The position numbers were made by a program, and so were the translations under genes. A stretch of 64,000 nt of DNA from Polyangiales bacterium. GTDB taxonomy: Bacteria; Myxococcota_A; Polyangia; Polyangiales; Houyiibacteriaceae. Under the pieces are notes generated by a model. It had not been told where the DNA came from, ran no database searches, and saw nothing but the letters and a program-made list of their open reading frames with translations. Below are positions 1 to 9,622 of the stretch, one piece after another (position 1 is the first letter of the stretch; the number at the start of each line of letters is the position of its first letter). Location of the stretch: the NCBI GenBank assembly GCA_045106895.1, contig JBGCFM010000039.1, forward strand, positions 1 to 64,000. The letters run 5' to 3'.

Positions 1-1
1 A

Positions 2-151
2 GGCGGCGTCACCATCCGCCAGAAGGTGAGCATTGGCGTCGCCGAGTGGAACCGAGAGGAAGACGCGGCGACGCTCGAAGCCCGCGCGGATGCCGCGATG
101 TACAAGGCGAAGCGCCTGGGCCGAGACCGTGTGGTCACGTCCGAAAGTTGA
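2..151 (+). CDS. GGDEF diguanylate cyclase, C-terminal fragment (runs off window start)
   Basis: Manual translation of frame 2: ...KVSIGVAEW...ARADAAMYKAKRLGRDRVV*, the typical GGDEF C-terminal motif (SIG, AD.AMY.AK..GR); not in ORF track. Confidence 0.9.
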   Translation, partial: GGVTIRQKVSIGVAEWNREEDAATLEARADAAMYKAKRLGRDRVVTSES

Positions 152-166
152 GCCGCCCGTTTGGGC

Positions 167-700
167 CTAAAAGTTGAGCCCAATCTGCCCACCGAACGGA
201 AAGCCCACGCGAAACACGAGGGCCATGCGACGACCGAAGTGCAGCCGCGCGCCGATCCCGGCGACAGCATCGACGTAGCCACGGCGACCACCTCGGCCGT
301 GACCGCGGTAGTAGCGATGGTCCCCTTCCGTGAGGAACAAGACGGTTACGCCGACCTCGGGAAACACGCTCCACTTCTCTGACAGATAGAAGTTCCACTG
401 CGCGGTGACGTTAGGCGCGAAGCCAAGGCCACGCGGGTCGTCGCGGTCGCGGTCCCGCCCAAAGTCACCGAAGAGCAGGTCAAAGCCGACGGCGAGAGCG
501 AGTTCATCGTCCATTCGGCGGAGGAAACCATCGGGCACGATGGCGAACTCGAGGTCGAAGCCAGCGCTCAGGAAGCCGTGGAACCCTACGCCAGCGTGAA
601 CCTCGGGGCGAAGCCCCTGAATGTGTTGGCCCTGCGCCTCGGCGTGTGTGGTGGTCGCCGCAACAAGGCAAAACAACGAGAAACAGAAAGCTGTACGCAT
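167..700 (-). CDS. Small secreted outer-membrane beta-barrel-like protein
   Basis: Signal peptide (..THAEA-Q), alternating amphipathic beta strands, C-terminal Phe (QIGLNF). Confidence 0.7.
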   Translation of the reverse strand: MRTAFCFSLFCLVAATTTHAEAQGQHIQGLRPEVHAGVGFHGFLSAGFDLEFAIVPDGFLRRMDDELALAVGFDLLFGDFGRDRDRDDPRGLGFAPNVTAQWNFYLSEKWSVFPEVGVTVLFLTEGDHRYYRGHGRGGRRGYVDAVAGIGARLHFGRRMALVFRVGFPFGGQIGLNF

Positions 701-798
701 ATCGCGACCCTATCACGGCATTCTTTCTGGCAGGGCGCCACAGCGTAAAGTGTATATCAGCACTTGACGCTTGTCCGGGTCGATGCTTTTCTGTGCTT

Positions 799-1953
799 AT
801 GGAGCCGTGGAGCGTAGTTCGTCAGTGGCGTCGAGATCTCGGAGTGCTGCGGATGCGGCTTCAAGGCGGGCGCTTGTCTCCTCTCGTACGTCGAGAGCAA
901 ACGCGCCGAGAGGAGCGCGAAAGCGCCGGGACATTCACGCAGCCTGAACTTGGGTTTCGCCAAGCTCGTATCCTGGAGCGCGTCGAAGAAACCGCCGACG
1001 CTGTCACTCTGAAACTGGAAGGCCTCGACTCTCCTTTGAAGGAGCACCGCGCCGGCCAATTCCTCACGCTCGAAGTGCAGGTCGACGGCAAGGTGTATCG
1101 GCGCGCTTACTCGATCTCCTCGGCGGAAGGCGACGCGATGCAGGTCAGCATCAAACGCATCGAGGGAGGGGTCGTCTCGACATACCTGACGACCCGAGCC
1201 AAGGCGGGGGACACGCTCGCCGTTCTCGGCCCGAGCGGCACGTTTGGTTACACCTCACTCCCCGCCCACGCGCTCATCGTCGCCGGAGGCAGCGGGATCA
1301 CCCCATGCATCGCCATCGCCGAGACCTTGCTTCGCGCAGGGAGCAGCGTCTCCCTCGTGTACGGAAGCCGTTCCTGGGAAGACATCATCTTCCGGCAGCG
1401 TCTTGAGGCTCTGTGCCGAGTTCACCCTCGACTCATCGTCGACCACGTCACCGAGGCGCCGCACGCCAAAACCACCTGCGGACGCCTCGACGCGAAGACC
1501 CTCCGTGCGCGGATTGACCACGTCGATGCCCCCGTGGACGCCGCGGTCTTTCTCTGCGGCCCCTCGGCGATGATGGAGTCCGCGCGTTCGGTCTTCGCGG
1601 CGATGGACTTCGCCGACGTTCGAGAAGAGCGATTCGTGTCAGCGCGACCCAAGCCCGTCCTGCGCGTCGCCGAAGAGCACACCATCACCATTCTACGGAG
1701 AGGCGGCCGCGTAGAGGCGTCCAGCGCAGGAACACTCCTTGAAAGCGGCCTCGCCGCGGGCGTGGATATGCCGTTTAGCTGCAGCGTGGGTGGATGCGCC
1801 GCCTGCAAAGTGAAGCTTGTCGAGGGCGAAGTTCGACACGACGAACTCTCCTGCCTCAGCGACGAAGAAAAGCGTCAAGGCTACGTTCTCGCGTGCTGCG
1901 CAGAGGCAGCCTCTTCGTGCACCATTGAGCTCCCTGCGAAGGACGCGTCATGA
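799..1953 (+). CDS. FAD/NAD(P)H oxidoreductase with C-terminal 2Fe-2S ferredoxin (PaaE/KshB-like reductase)
   Basis: RAYSISS FAD motif, AGGSGITP and CGP NAD-binding motifs, CSVGGCAAC...C 2Fe-2S motif; start chosen at ATG 799 to avoid overlap with the divergent gene. Confidence 0.9.
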   Translation: MEPWSVVRQWRRDLGVLRMRLQGGRLSPLVRREQTRREERESAGTFTQPELGFRQARILERVEETADAVTLKLEGLDSPLKEHRAGQFLTLEVQVDGKVYRRAYSISSAEGDAMQVSIKRIEGGVVSTYLTTRAKAGDTLAVLGPSGTFGYTSLPAHALIVAGGSGITPCIAIAETLLRAGSSVSLVYGSRSWEDIIFRQRLEALCRVHPRLIVDHVTEAPHAKTTCGRLDAKTLRARIDHVDAPVDAAVFLCGPSAMMESARSVFAAMDFADVREERFVSARPKPVLRVAEEHTITILRRGGRVEASSAGTLLESGLAAGVDMPFSCSVGGCAACKVKLVEGEVRHDELSCLSDEEKRQGYVLACCAEAASSCTIELPAKDAS

Positions 1954-2750
1954 AGAGCGAAGCGAGCGAAGCCCCCGCGTTGCCCTACAAGATGCGTGAC
2001 CTCTGCGAAGCGAGCGGACTCGAACGGCAGGCGATCCACTTCTATATCCAACGGGGTCTCCTTCCGCCCGGCCAAAAGACGGGACGCAACACCGCCCGCT
2101 ACGGGGACGAACATCTCGAACGCCTTCGAATGATTCGAAAGCTCAAGGAGGAGCGCTTTCTTCCACTGAAAGCCATCAAGGCCATCCTCGATGGTCACGA
2201 CGGAGCGTTCTCGCCGGAGCAGCGCGGCTTTTTGTCCCAAGTCAAAGCGCGACTTGGTGACCCCCTTCAGGCGAGCGACGCCGCGCCGAACTTCATCTCC
2301 ATCGACGCCGCCGTCGAAGCGACGGGAGTGGAGCGCGAGGATATCGAGGAGGCCATCTCCCTTGGAACCCTTGCCGCCAGCGATGACCGAAGCACCATCT
2401 CCAGCCGGGACGTCTGGATGCTCGAGCTCTTCGCCGAGATGCGCAACTTGGGCTTCACCAAGGAGCGCGGTTTTCGCGTCGCCGATGTCGCCATCTACGA
2501 GACCGCCATGAGCCAACTCTTTCGGGCCGAGATGAGCATGCTGACCGCGCGCCTGTCCGATATTCCGCCGGACCAGGTGGCAGGGATGATCGAGCGCAGC
2601 CTGCCCGTCATCCACGCCTACCTGGTTCGTTCTCATACCGAACGCGTTCGAGACTTCTTCTCCACCCTTCCCGGCGACGCGCCGGCGACCTCTTCCTCTT
2701 CCGCCCTCACCTCCATCGCAACCTCCGCGCAATCCAAGGACGAGCCATGA
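1950..2750 (+). CDS. MerR-family transcriptional regulator
   Basis: YKMRDLCEASGLERQAIHFYIQRGLLP..RY...LRMI MerR HTH; ATGA overlaps with both neighbours. Confidence 0.9.
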   Translation: MKSEASEAPALPYKMRDLCEASGLERQAIHFYIQRGLLPPGQKTGRNTARYGDEHLERLRMIRKLKEERFLPLKAIKAILDGHDGAFSPEQRGFLSQVKARLGDPLQASDAAPNFISIDAAVEATGVEREDIEEAISLGTLAASDDRSTISSRDVWMLELFAEMRNLGFTKERGFRVADVAIYETAMSQLFRAEMSMLTARLSDIPPDQVAGMIERSLPVIHAYLVRSHTERVRDFFSTLPGDAPATSSSSALTSIATSAQSKDEP

Positions 2751-3940
2751 TCGACATCCAACGAGTACTTCAGCTCCTGCCACAGCAAGCGCGACATCGC
2801 CTCGAACCTTTTGCCGAAGCCGCGGAGGTCATGACGTCCGTACGCGACCCTCGAGTGCTGCGTTCCCTCGGCCCGTCGAGCGTGCGCGGTCTAGTGCTTC
2901 AGCGCGGAAAGCAGGGTCAGCCTACGCGTGTCGCGGCGAACCATGACGCGTACTTCGACTGGTCCTACCCCAAGGGCGAGCACCCGGAGATGCTCGACCT
3001 TTACACGCGCGCCAAACAGCAACAGTGGGATTCCGACACGCGCCTCGACTGGAGCATCAGCGTCGACAAACTCAACCCTGAGGTGCCCGTCATTCCCGAT
3101 GATTTCATCAACCTCGACGGGCTCCACGACATGGGCGTGCGTCTCGACAAGAAGGAGCGAGCACGTTTTCGCGCCGACATCCTTTCGTGGCAGCTCAGTC
3201 AGTTCCTCCACGGGGAACAAGGCGCACTCTTCGCGGCGGCGCAGGTCACCGAGGCCGTTCAGTTCTTTGACGGAAAGTTCTACGGCGCAACGCAGGTCAT
3301 GGACGAGGCACGCCACGTGGAAGTCTTCCACCGCTACCTCGACACGAAGGTCGACAAGATCTACCAGATCAACGACAACCTTTTCGTCATCATCGATGCG
3401 CTCATGAGCGATGGTCGATGGGACATGAAGTTCTTGGGAATGCAGATCATGGTCGAAGGGCTCGCTCTCGGCGCCTTCGGAACGCTCTACAAGATCACCA
3501 AGGAGCCGCTTCTAAAAGAGCTCCTCAAGAATGTCATTCGCGACGAAGCTCGGCACGTTCACTACGGCGTCTTGGCCCTCCGTGAGCACATCACGTGTCA
3601 TCTCAGCGAACGCGAACGCCGCGAACGCGAGGACTGGGCGTTCGAGGTCGCGCTCCTCATGCGTAACCGTTTCCTCGCCTACGAGGTCTACGAAGAGTGG
3701 TTCGAGGGGCGCATCTCGCGCGCCCAATGGAGAGCTCTCGTCACAGAATCACGCGGCCTGCGCGAGTTCCGAGAGGTCATGTTCTCACGTCTCGTGCCAA
3801 ACCTCCGAGAGATCGGGCTGCTCACGCCACGCATCTTGCCCCACTACGAACGGGCGGGACTCGGTCAGTACATGAACGGACTCGCCGCACATCAGCTAAG
3901 CGGCGACGGGATGATCGCGGAGCTCGAGAGCGCCGCCTAA
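2747..3940 (+). CDS. Ferritin-like diiron oxygenase (AurF-like)
   Basis: HGEQG, DEARH, VEG, DEARH diiron ligand pattern. Confidence 0.85.
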   Translation: MIDIQRVLQLLPQQARHRLEPFAEAAEVMTSVRDPRVLRSLGPSSVRGLVLQRGKQGQPTRVAANHDAYFDWSYPKGEHPEMLDLYTRAKQQQWDSDTRLDWSISVDKLNPEVPVIPDDFINLDGLHDMGVRLDKKERARFRADILSWQLSQFLHGEQGALFAAAQVTEAVQFFDGKFYGATQVMDEARHVEVFHRYLDTKVDKIYQINDNLFVIIDALMSDGRWDMKFLGMQIMVEGLALGAFGTLYKITKEPLLKELLKNVIRDEARHVHYGVLALREHITCHLSERERREREDWAFEVALLMRNRFLAYEVYEEWFEGRISRAQWRALVTESRGLREFREVMFSRLVPNLREIGLLTPRILPHYERAGLGQYMNGLAAHQLSGDGMIAELESAA

Positions 3941-3952
3941 CGCGCCCTTTGT

Positions 3953-6313
3953 TTATCGCGGACGACGAACGCGCATCGTCGAGTCGTTTGGAATCGTCAC
4001 CGTCGGAACCGTCTGCATGTTCGTTTGCGTGGGCGCGCCTTGACGCGCCGCGGCGAGGTCTCGCTCGAGCTGCGTGATTCGAGCGCGTGCTTGGCGAAGC
4101 TCTTCGTTGGCCCGGGTCAGGTTCTGCTGAGCTTCCGTGGCCCGCGTAGCCGCCGCCTGAGCACGGCGCGTCTCTTCCGCAAGGCTCTCTTGAGCGGCGG
4201 TCAAATCTCGCCGCGCGGACTGGAGGTTTCCTTCCGCCGCGCTCTGCGCGCTGCGCGCTGTGGCGAGTTCTCGACGAACGTTCGCGACCTCTTGCTCACG
4301 CGTCTGAAGGTCACCCTGAATTTCCGCGGATCGCTGCTCGGCGACTCGCAGTCGCTCCGCCGTCGTCGCCGTGAGGCGTTCCGCCGCCTCCACGGCCTTC
4401 TCTTGTTCTTCGGTCTGCCGCCGGGCCGCGGCGAGTCGCCGGGTTTCCACCCGAAGGCGACCACGCGCGCTCGCCAGCTCTTGCTCGAGCTCGGTCTTCG
4501 AAAGATGCTGCTCCGCGATCTCCGCTTCGGCTTCCCCCACCTGCTCTTCGAGTTCCTCGCTGCGGGTCTCTTCGTCTTCCAGGTCTCGCCGAGCGGCGTC
4601 CGCCTCCTGCTGGGCTAGCTCCGCCTTTGCGCGGTCCTCCAAGTTGTGTTGCCGCAGTTCGTAGAACGCGACGCCAAAGAGGAGCGCGAGTGCCGCCAAG
4701 ATCGGCCCAAAGAGCTTGAGGTAGCCCAAGCGGCGTGCCCGTGTCTCCTCGGGTCTGGACAGCACCGCGAGCTCATCCGCGAGCTCATCGGCGCTCGGTC
4801 GGTCTCCCGGGTCCGGCGCTAGCCATCGCTGAAGCGGCTTGTTGAGGTAGCGGAGGTCTGGGCGTGTGAAGAGTGGGATCTCATCCCCGGCACGCTCGCG
4901 GATGAACGCGTCCACCGCGCCTGCCGCTACATCGGGCTGCGTCTCCGGCTCGAGGGCGTTTCGCAGACTCAGCGCCAGCGCGAAAACGTCGGACGCCGGA
5001 CCGATGGGACGAGACGGAAAGGGGTCGCCTTCGCGGTAGGCGAACTGTGCGGCGACCTCGGGCGCAAAGTAGGTCGGCGTCCCCGCGAGGACGAGCTCCG
5101 CGTCTTTCGCCGCGACGCCAAGGTCCAAGAGGACAGGAAGTACTCCGTGGTCGCCGCCTTCGAATCCGCGGAGCGTCGCCAGGAAGATGTTGTCCGGTTT
5201 GATGTCCTGATGTCGGATGCTCGCCGCGTGGAGCGTCGCGAGTGCCCGTGCCAAGGGCACGAAGATACCCTTCGCCTCGCCGCGCTCTAAGCCGCCCTCT
5301 TCGAGACGGTTCTCCAGCACGTCACCTTCATACCAAGGCATCGCAAACCAGAGGCGCTCCTCGAACCAGCCGTAGTCCTTAAACTGCACGATGGACGGGT
5401 GATAGACGGCGGCAATGATGCGTAGCTCTTTGAGCGCCGCTTGCCGGTTGTCCGCGGACGTCGATGGTCGCTTGAGAACCTTGAGCGCAAGGACATGACC
5501 CGGGACCTCTACGTCCTCGGCGCGATAAACATCCGCGAACCCGCCTGCGCCGATGTGCTTCTTGAGCTGGTAACGTTCGCCGAGAACAGTGCCGAGCTTG
5601 GTGCGGTCAGCATCGTCGCCCTCGGCGCCATCGCGAGCGGAACCGGACGCTCGCGTCGCAGCGCGCCTCGAGCGCTCCTGGCTCCCTACGTCGGCTTCGC
5701 CGTCCTTCGCCGCGGCAAAGTCCGCGTCCAACTCCTCGAGGGCAAATGCCTCAAGCAACGCCTTCGGCAACGAGTTGCCACCAGACCCATGAAGAACCTG
5801 TGCGTTCTCGTAGGCCGCGGCGAGGCGCTCGGCGACGACGGCTTCGTCCATCTCGACGACGAATGCGATCTCCCTCTCGGTGAGGTCCCGCGCGTAGCGA
5901 AGCTCAAGGAGCTCCTTCTCCTTGGCATCACTTCGAATTCGCGCCACCGCGGTCTGGTGCTTCGCCTCTGGGTTTCGAGGCCGGTACCACGCCAGCCCGC
6001 GGCCGCTCTTCTTCGACGCTGCCTTCGATTCGTCGCGAGCGAAGCGGTAGAGACGCGCGCGAATTCCCGGCTCTTCGGTCAGCTCTTCGTCGCTGAGTCC
6101 CGCGGCGCGATCTCGCACCCGGGCGAAGGCGAGGAGCCCCTCCGCAGCGTCGCCTAGGCGAATCGTCAGGTACTGGCGAAGACCTTCCGCGTAGTATGAA
6201 AACGCGCGGCTCTGGAGCACGTCGAGCATGGTGCCTGCCGTGGGGGAGACCTCCGCCGCGGCCTTGGCCGCGAGCATCAACGTCGCTTGCGTATTGGGCT
6301 TATCGCGCGCCAT
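3953..6313 (-). CDS. Ser/Thr kinase with N-terminal ECF-sigma-like region, TM helix and C-terminal coiled coil
   Basis: IGAGGFADVY, ALK, HQDIKPDN, DLG, GTPTYFAPE kinase motifs; sigma-4-like HTH upstream; TM LFGPILAALALLFGVAFY; long heptad-rich tail. Confidence 0.85.
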   Translation of the reverse strand: MARDKPNTQATLMLAAKAAAEVSPTAGTMLDVLQSRAFSYYAEGLRQYLTIRLGDAAEGLLAFARVRDRAAGLSDEELTEEPGIRARLYRFARDESKAASKKSGRGLAWYRPRNPEAKHQTAVARIRSDAKEKELLELRYARDLTEREIAFVVEMDEAVVAERLAAAYENAQVLHGSGGNSLPKALLEAFALEELDADFAAAKDGEADVGSQERSRRAATRASGSARDGAEGDDADRTKLGTVLGERYQLKKHIGAGGFADVYRAEDVEVPGHVLALKVLKRPSTSADNRQAALKELRIIAAVYHPSIVQFKDYGWFEERLWFAMPWYEGDVLENRLEEGGLERGEAKGIFVPLARALATLHAASIRHQDIKPDNIFLATLRGFEGGDHGVLPVLLDLGVAAKDAELVLAGTPTYFAPEVAAQFAYREGDPFPSRPIGPASDVFALALSLRNALEPETQPDVAAGAVDAFIRERAGDEIPLFTRPDLRYLNKPLQRWLAPDPGDRPSADELADELAVLSRPEETRARRLGYLKLFGPILAALALLFGVAFYELRQHNLEDRAKAELAQQEADAARRDLEDEETRSEELEEQVGEAEAEIAEQHLSKTELEQELASARGRLRVETRRLAAARRQTEEQEKAVEAAERLTATTAERLRVAEQRSAEIQGDLQTREQEVANVRRELATARSAQSAAEGNLQSARRDLTAAQESLAEETRRAQAAATRATEAQQNLTRANEELRQARARITQLERDLAAARQGAPTQTNMQTVPTVTIPNDSTMRVRRPR

Positions 6314-6432
6314 TCCGGCATCATGGCCGAGAGCAGCCGAGCGATCCACTGCTCATGCGGGCATGACATTCAGTCACCCCACATCCGACACTTTTCATTG
6401 CTTCCCGCCGAGCGGCCGGCCATCTTGCGGGG

Positions 6433-6990
6433 GTGAATCGGGGAATTGTCATCGTCATCAGTCTTCTCATCGCCTGCGGTGACGACAACGCCGCCGATGC
6501 TGGCCTCGATGCTGAAGTGGACGCTTCCGGCGGCGACGCCCAAGTCGACGCCTCTTCCGCCGACGTCCTCGTCGAACCGGGCGACGCCGGTGACTCAAGC
6601 GTCGTGATCGGACTGGGCGTCGTCGACTTCACGGCTGCGAATGACGGGGATGACGCCGAGCTCGTCGCGGGTCCTCAGGGCGGATGGCACGTCGACATCG
6701 CGCTTCGTCTATTCAATGTCGAGCCTGACGGCGCGCTTCTAACCCTCCAGGGATTCGACGCCGGCAGTGGCGATGCGTTGACGGTCCCCATCGCACGTCG
6801 CCTCACCCGTTCCCGGGTTCGGCGTGTCGACGATCATTGGCTACGTCTCGGTGACCAAATGGTCTTCGACGTCGGCGACCCGGCAGAGGTGACCGGCCGA
6901 GACGTGCGCCTCACAGCGACCATCGCGGAGGCCGAAGGTCGCGAGACAAGCGGAGAGCTACGGGTCCACATCGTCGACGACGTGGAATGA
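6433..6990 (+). CDS. Hypothetical lipoprotein (DAG linker plus Ig-like domain)
   Basis: Lipobox LIAC, DAG-rich linker, GPQGGWH motif. Confidence 0.75.
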   Translation: MNRGIVIVISLLIACGDDNAADAGLDAEVDASGGDAQVDASSADVLVEPGDAGDSSVVIGLGVVDFTAANDGDDAELVAGPQGGWHVDIALRLFNVEPDGALLTLQGFDAGSGDALTVPIARRLTRSRVRRVDDHWLRLGDQMVFDVGDPAEVTGRDVRLTATIAEAEGRETSGELRVHIVDDVE

Positions 6991-8297
6991 ACTCCGCCTG
7001 CATCTCCTTCGGACTCGTGCTCTTGTCCTGCTGGGCCTGCGCCTGCAGCCGTGAAACAGCGGAATCACCGGAGGCCATCGAACCTGCGGACGAAGCGCCT
7101 TCCACGCCGCCCGCACCTCTCCCTCCATCCGTACACACGGAAACGAACGATGGCCTCGGCGCGGAGCCGTTCACCCTCTGGATCGGCGGAGACGTCATGA
7201 GCTCCGCGCAGATTCGTGACGCCGCTGCCGATGCAACCACGCCCGCCGAGGGCATTGCCGCGATGTTTGAGTCGTTGTCCCCGCTCTGGCAGCCACCAGG
7301 CCACTTCGTCATGGTGAACCTGGAGACGCCCGCGACGGCCAGACGACGCGTTGCCTATCAAGAGGACGGCGCCGTTCCTCAAGGGCGTTACGCAGCGGTG
7401 CGACTCAACGCGCCCCCCTACCTCGTCGAAGGCCTGCGCCTCGCGGGCGTCGATGCGGTCTCCTTGGCGAACAACCATGCCCTCGACCAAGGCCACGAGG
7501 GGCTTCGGGAGACCATCGAGCACGCCAGGGGCGCTGGGTTGGTGGTCAGCGGAGCAGGCCGCTACCACGACGACGGCCCCGCGAACCACTGGCCGATCAC
7601 GCTGGGGCAAGACGACACGGAGCTCAGCGTCTTCAACTTCTACGATGCGCCAAGGCGGGCACTTCCGGATTCCGGTGAGCTGTCCTTGGCGCTGGTCAAC
7701 GAGCGCGCCTTCGAGAGCGTTGAGGCGTGCGCCTCTGCGCACGTCGTGGTCGTCGTGCACGTCCTTGGGGAGCTCGTCCGTGAAGTCGAAGACGAGTGGC
7801 GCGTGTGGGCAGAGCGCTTTATCGATGCCGGCGCGTCGACCATCATCGTCCACGGCACCCACGTCCCCATGGCCGTCGAGCGCATGCAGCGAAACGGAAA
7901 AGAGGTGGTCGTCGCATGGGGCCTTGGAAACCTGCTCACGGACATGGGTCGCATGGCGAGCCCAAGGCGGCGCGTGACTGCAAAGATCAACGATCCCGAA
8001 ACCCGCGAAGGGCTCCTCGCGCGCATCACGTCCAGCGCCGACGGCTTGGACGTGGCGTTCCTCCCGGTGTTCGAAACCGATGATCGGTTCATCCGCTGGC
8101 ATGGGTCCATGCCGCCCGGTGAATCCACGTTCTGGCTCCGTCCGCTGACGGCGTGCGACCCCGCCGTAGACCTCCCTGCGAGCTGGCCAGAACCTTACCG
8201 CACAGAGTACGCGGACTGGCTCAGCGCGCGACGCGAACACATGGTGGAAGCCACCGGGCTGCGAAGCGAGAGTTGTCCGTCGGGTTTGCTGCGATGA
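6987..8297 (+). CDS. CapA/PgsA-family metallophosphoesterase lipoprotein
   Basis: GGDVM, VNLETP, SLANNHALDQG, GLGNL motifs; Cys-containing signal peptide. Confidence 0.85.
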   Translation: MNSACISFGLVLLSCWACACSRETAESPEAIEPADEAPSTPPAPLPPSVHTETNDGLGAEPFTLWIGGDVMSSAQIRDAAADATTPAEGIAAMFESLSPLWQPPGHFVMVNLETPATARRRVAYQEDGAVPQGRYAAVRLNAPPYLVEGLRLAGVDAVSLANNHALDQGHEGLRETIEHARGAGLVVSGAGRYHDDGPANHWPITLGQDDTELSVFNFYDAPRRALPDSGELSLALVNERAFESVEACASAHVVVVVHVLGELVREVEDEWRVWAERFIDAGASTIIVHGTHVPMAVERMQRNGKEVVVAWGLGNLLTDMGRMASPRRRVTAKINDPETREGLLARITSSADGLDVAFLPVFETDDRFIRWHGSMPPGESTFWLRPLTACDPAVDLPASWPEPYRTEYADWLSARREHMVEATGLRSESCPSGLLR

Positions 8298-9622
8298 CTC
8301 AGCCGTCGCGCTCGCTCGGGTGGATGAGCGCTGCGCAGCTCGTCGTCGCGAGCATGGTTGGGACTGGCATCTTCACGGGGTCCGGCTACTTCTTGGGGGA
8401 TCTCCCGTCTGCGCCGGCGCTCCTCATCGGCTGGCTCCTCGGGGGCCTTCTCTCCCTCGCCGGCGCCCTCGCCTACGGCGAACTCTGCGCAGCCCTCCCC
8501 CAAAACGGCGGCGAATATGCCCTCCTCTCGCGCATCTATGGCCCTCGCATCGGGCACGCAGCCGGCGTCATCTCAATCGTCGCGGGCTTCGCCGGCTCCA
8601 TCGCCGCCGGCGCCCACGCGCTTGGTGAGTACGGGCTGCGCGCCGCCGGAATGAACGACGACAACGCTCTCCTTGTCGCCGTCCTTGCCCTCATCGTCAT
8701 GAGCGTAGTTCACCTCCTGCCAATGCGGCGGGGAATGGCGGGACAGAATTTGTTCACCGCCGTAAAAGTCTTCCTGAGCCTCGGCATGGCGTCCGCGCTC
8801 ATCGCGAATGGTGACGTTGGTCGCATCGACGACGCGTCGATCCCTTTGAACGACGCGCTCCTCCGGCCAAGCTTTGCCGGCGGCCTCGTGTACATCGCCT
8901 TTGCCTACACCGGTTGGAACGCAGCCGCGTATGTAGCCGGAGAGACCGTGGAGGCTCAACGCAACGTGCCGCGGGCGCTCTTCGCCGGGACCCTCCTCGT
9001 CACCACCCTCTACCTGCTCTTCAACGTTGGATTCCTCGCCTCCGCGCCGCTCTCGGTTTTGGGCGGCGAAGCCGATGTGGCGTACGTGGCGGCGCGAGAG
9101 TCTTTGGGTGAACCCGCCGCTCGTGGCCTCAGCGCTCTCATCGCGTTCGGACTGCTCTCTACCATGGGTGCGATGATCATGACGGGGGCCCGCGTGCTCG
9201 AGGCGATGGGCCGACGTGACCCTCGCCTCGCGTCCTTGGTCAGGCGCGGCCCAAGTGAACAGCCCAAGGCCGCTGTGCTCTTCGTTGCCGGCCTCTCTCT
9301 TCTACTGACGCTCAGTGGGGAGCTTCGGGACCTCATCGTGTACGTCGGTGTCACGCTCTCCCTCAGCGCCCTACTCACCGTCGCGGGCGTCTTCGTATTG
9401 AGGCGCCGCCAGCCGGAGCTCGTGCGCCCCTATCGCTGTCTCGGCTACCCTCTAACGCCCCTCGTGTTCTGCGTTTTCTCCGTCTGGATGATCGTCTTCG
9501 CGTGTTTGGAGACCCCCAAAGCAGCCGCCGGCGGAGGTCTCACGCTCGCCCTGGCGCTCATCACCTATCGGAAGCGCCCGGACAACTCTGAATCACGCAC
9601 TAGCGCGTGCGAATCGAAATGA
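8294..9622 (+). CDS. APC-family amino acid permease
   Basis: MVGTGIF, YGEL...P..GGEY, AYTGW motifs, about 12 TM segments; ATGA overlap with capA-like gene. Confidence 0.9.
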   Translation: MTQPSRSLGWMSAAQLVVASMVGTGIFTGSGYFLGDLPSAPALLIGWLLGGLLSLAGALAYGELCAALPQNGGEYALLSRIYGPRIGHAAGVISIVAGFAGSIAAGAHALGEYGLRAAGMNDDNALLVAVLALIVMSVVHLLPMRRGMAGQNLFTAVKVFLSLGMASALIANGDVGRIDDASIPLNDALLRPSFAGGLVYIAFAYTGWNAAAYVAGETVEAQRNVPRALFAGTLLVTTLYLLFNVGFLASAPLSVLGGEADVAYVAARESLGEPAARGLSALIAFGLLSTMGAMIMTGARVLEAMGRRDPRLASLVRRGPSEQPKAAVLFVAGLSLLLTLSGELRDLIVYVGVTLSLSALLTVAGVFVLRRRQPELVRPYRCLGYPLTPLVFCVFSVWMIVFACLETPKAAAGGGLTLALALITYRKRPDNSESRTSACESK

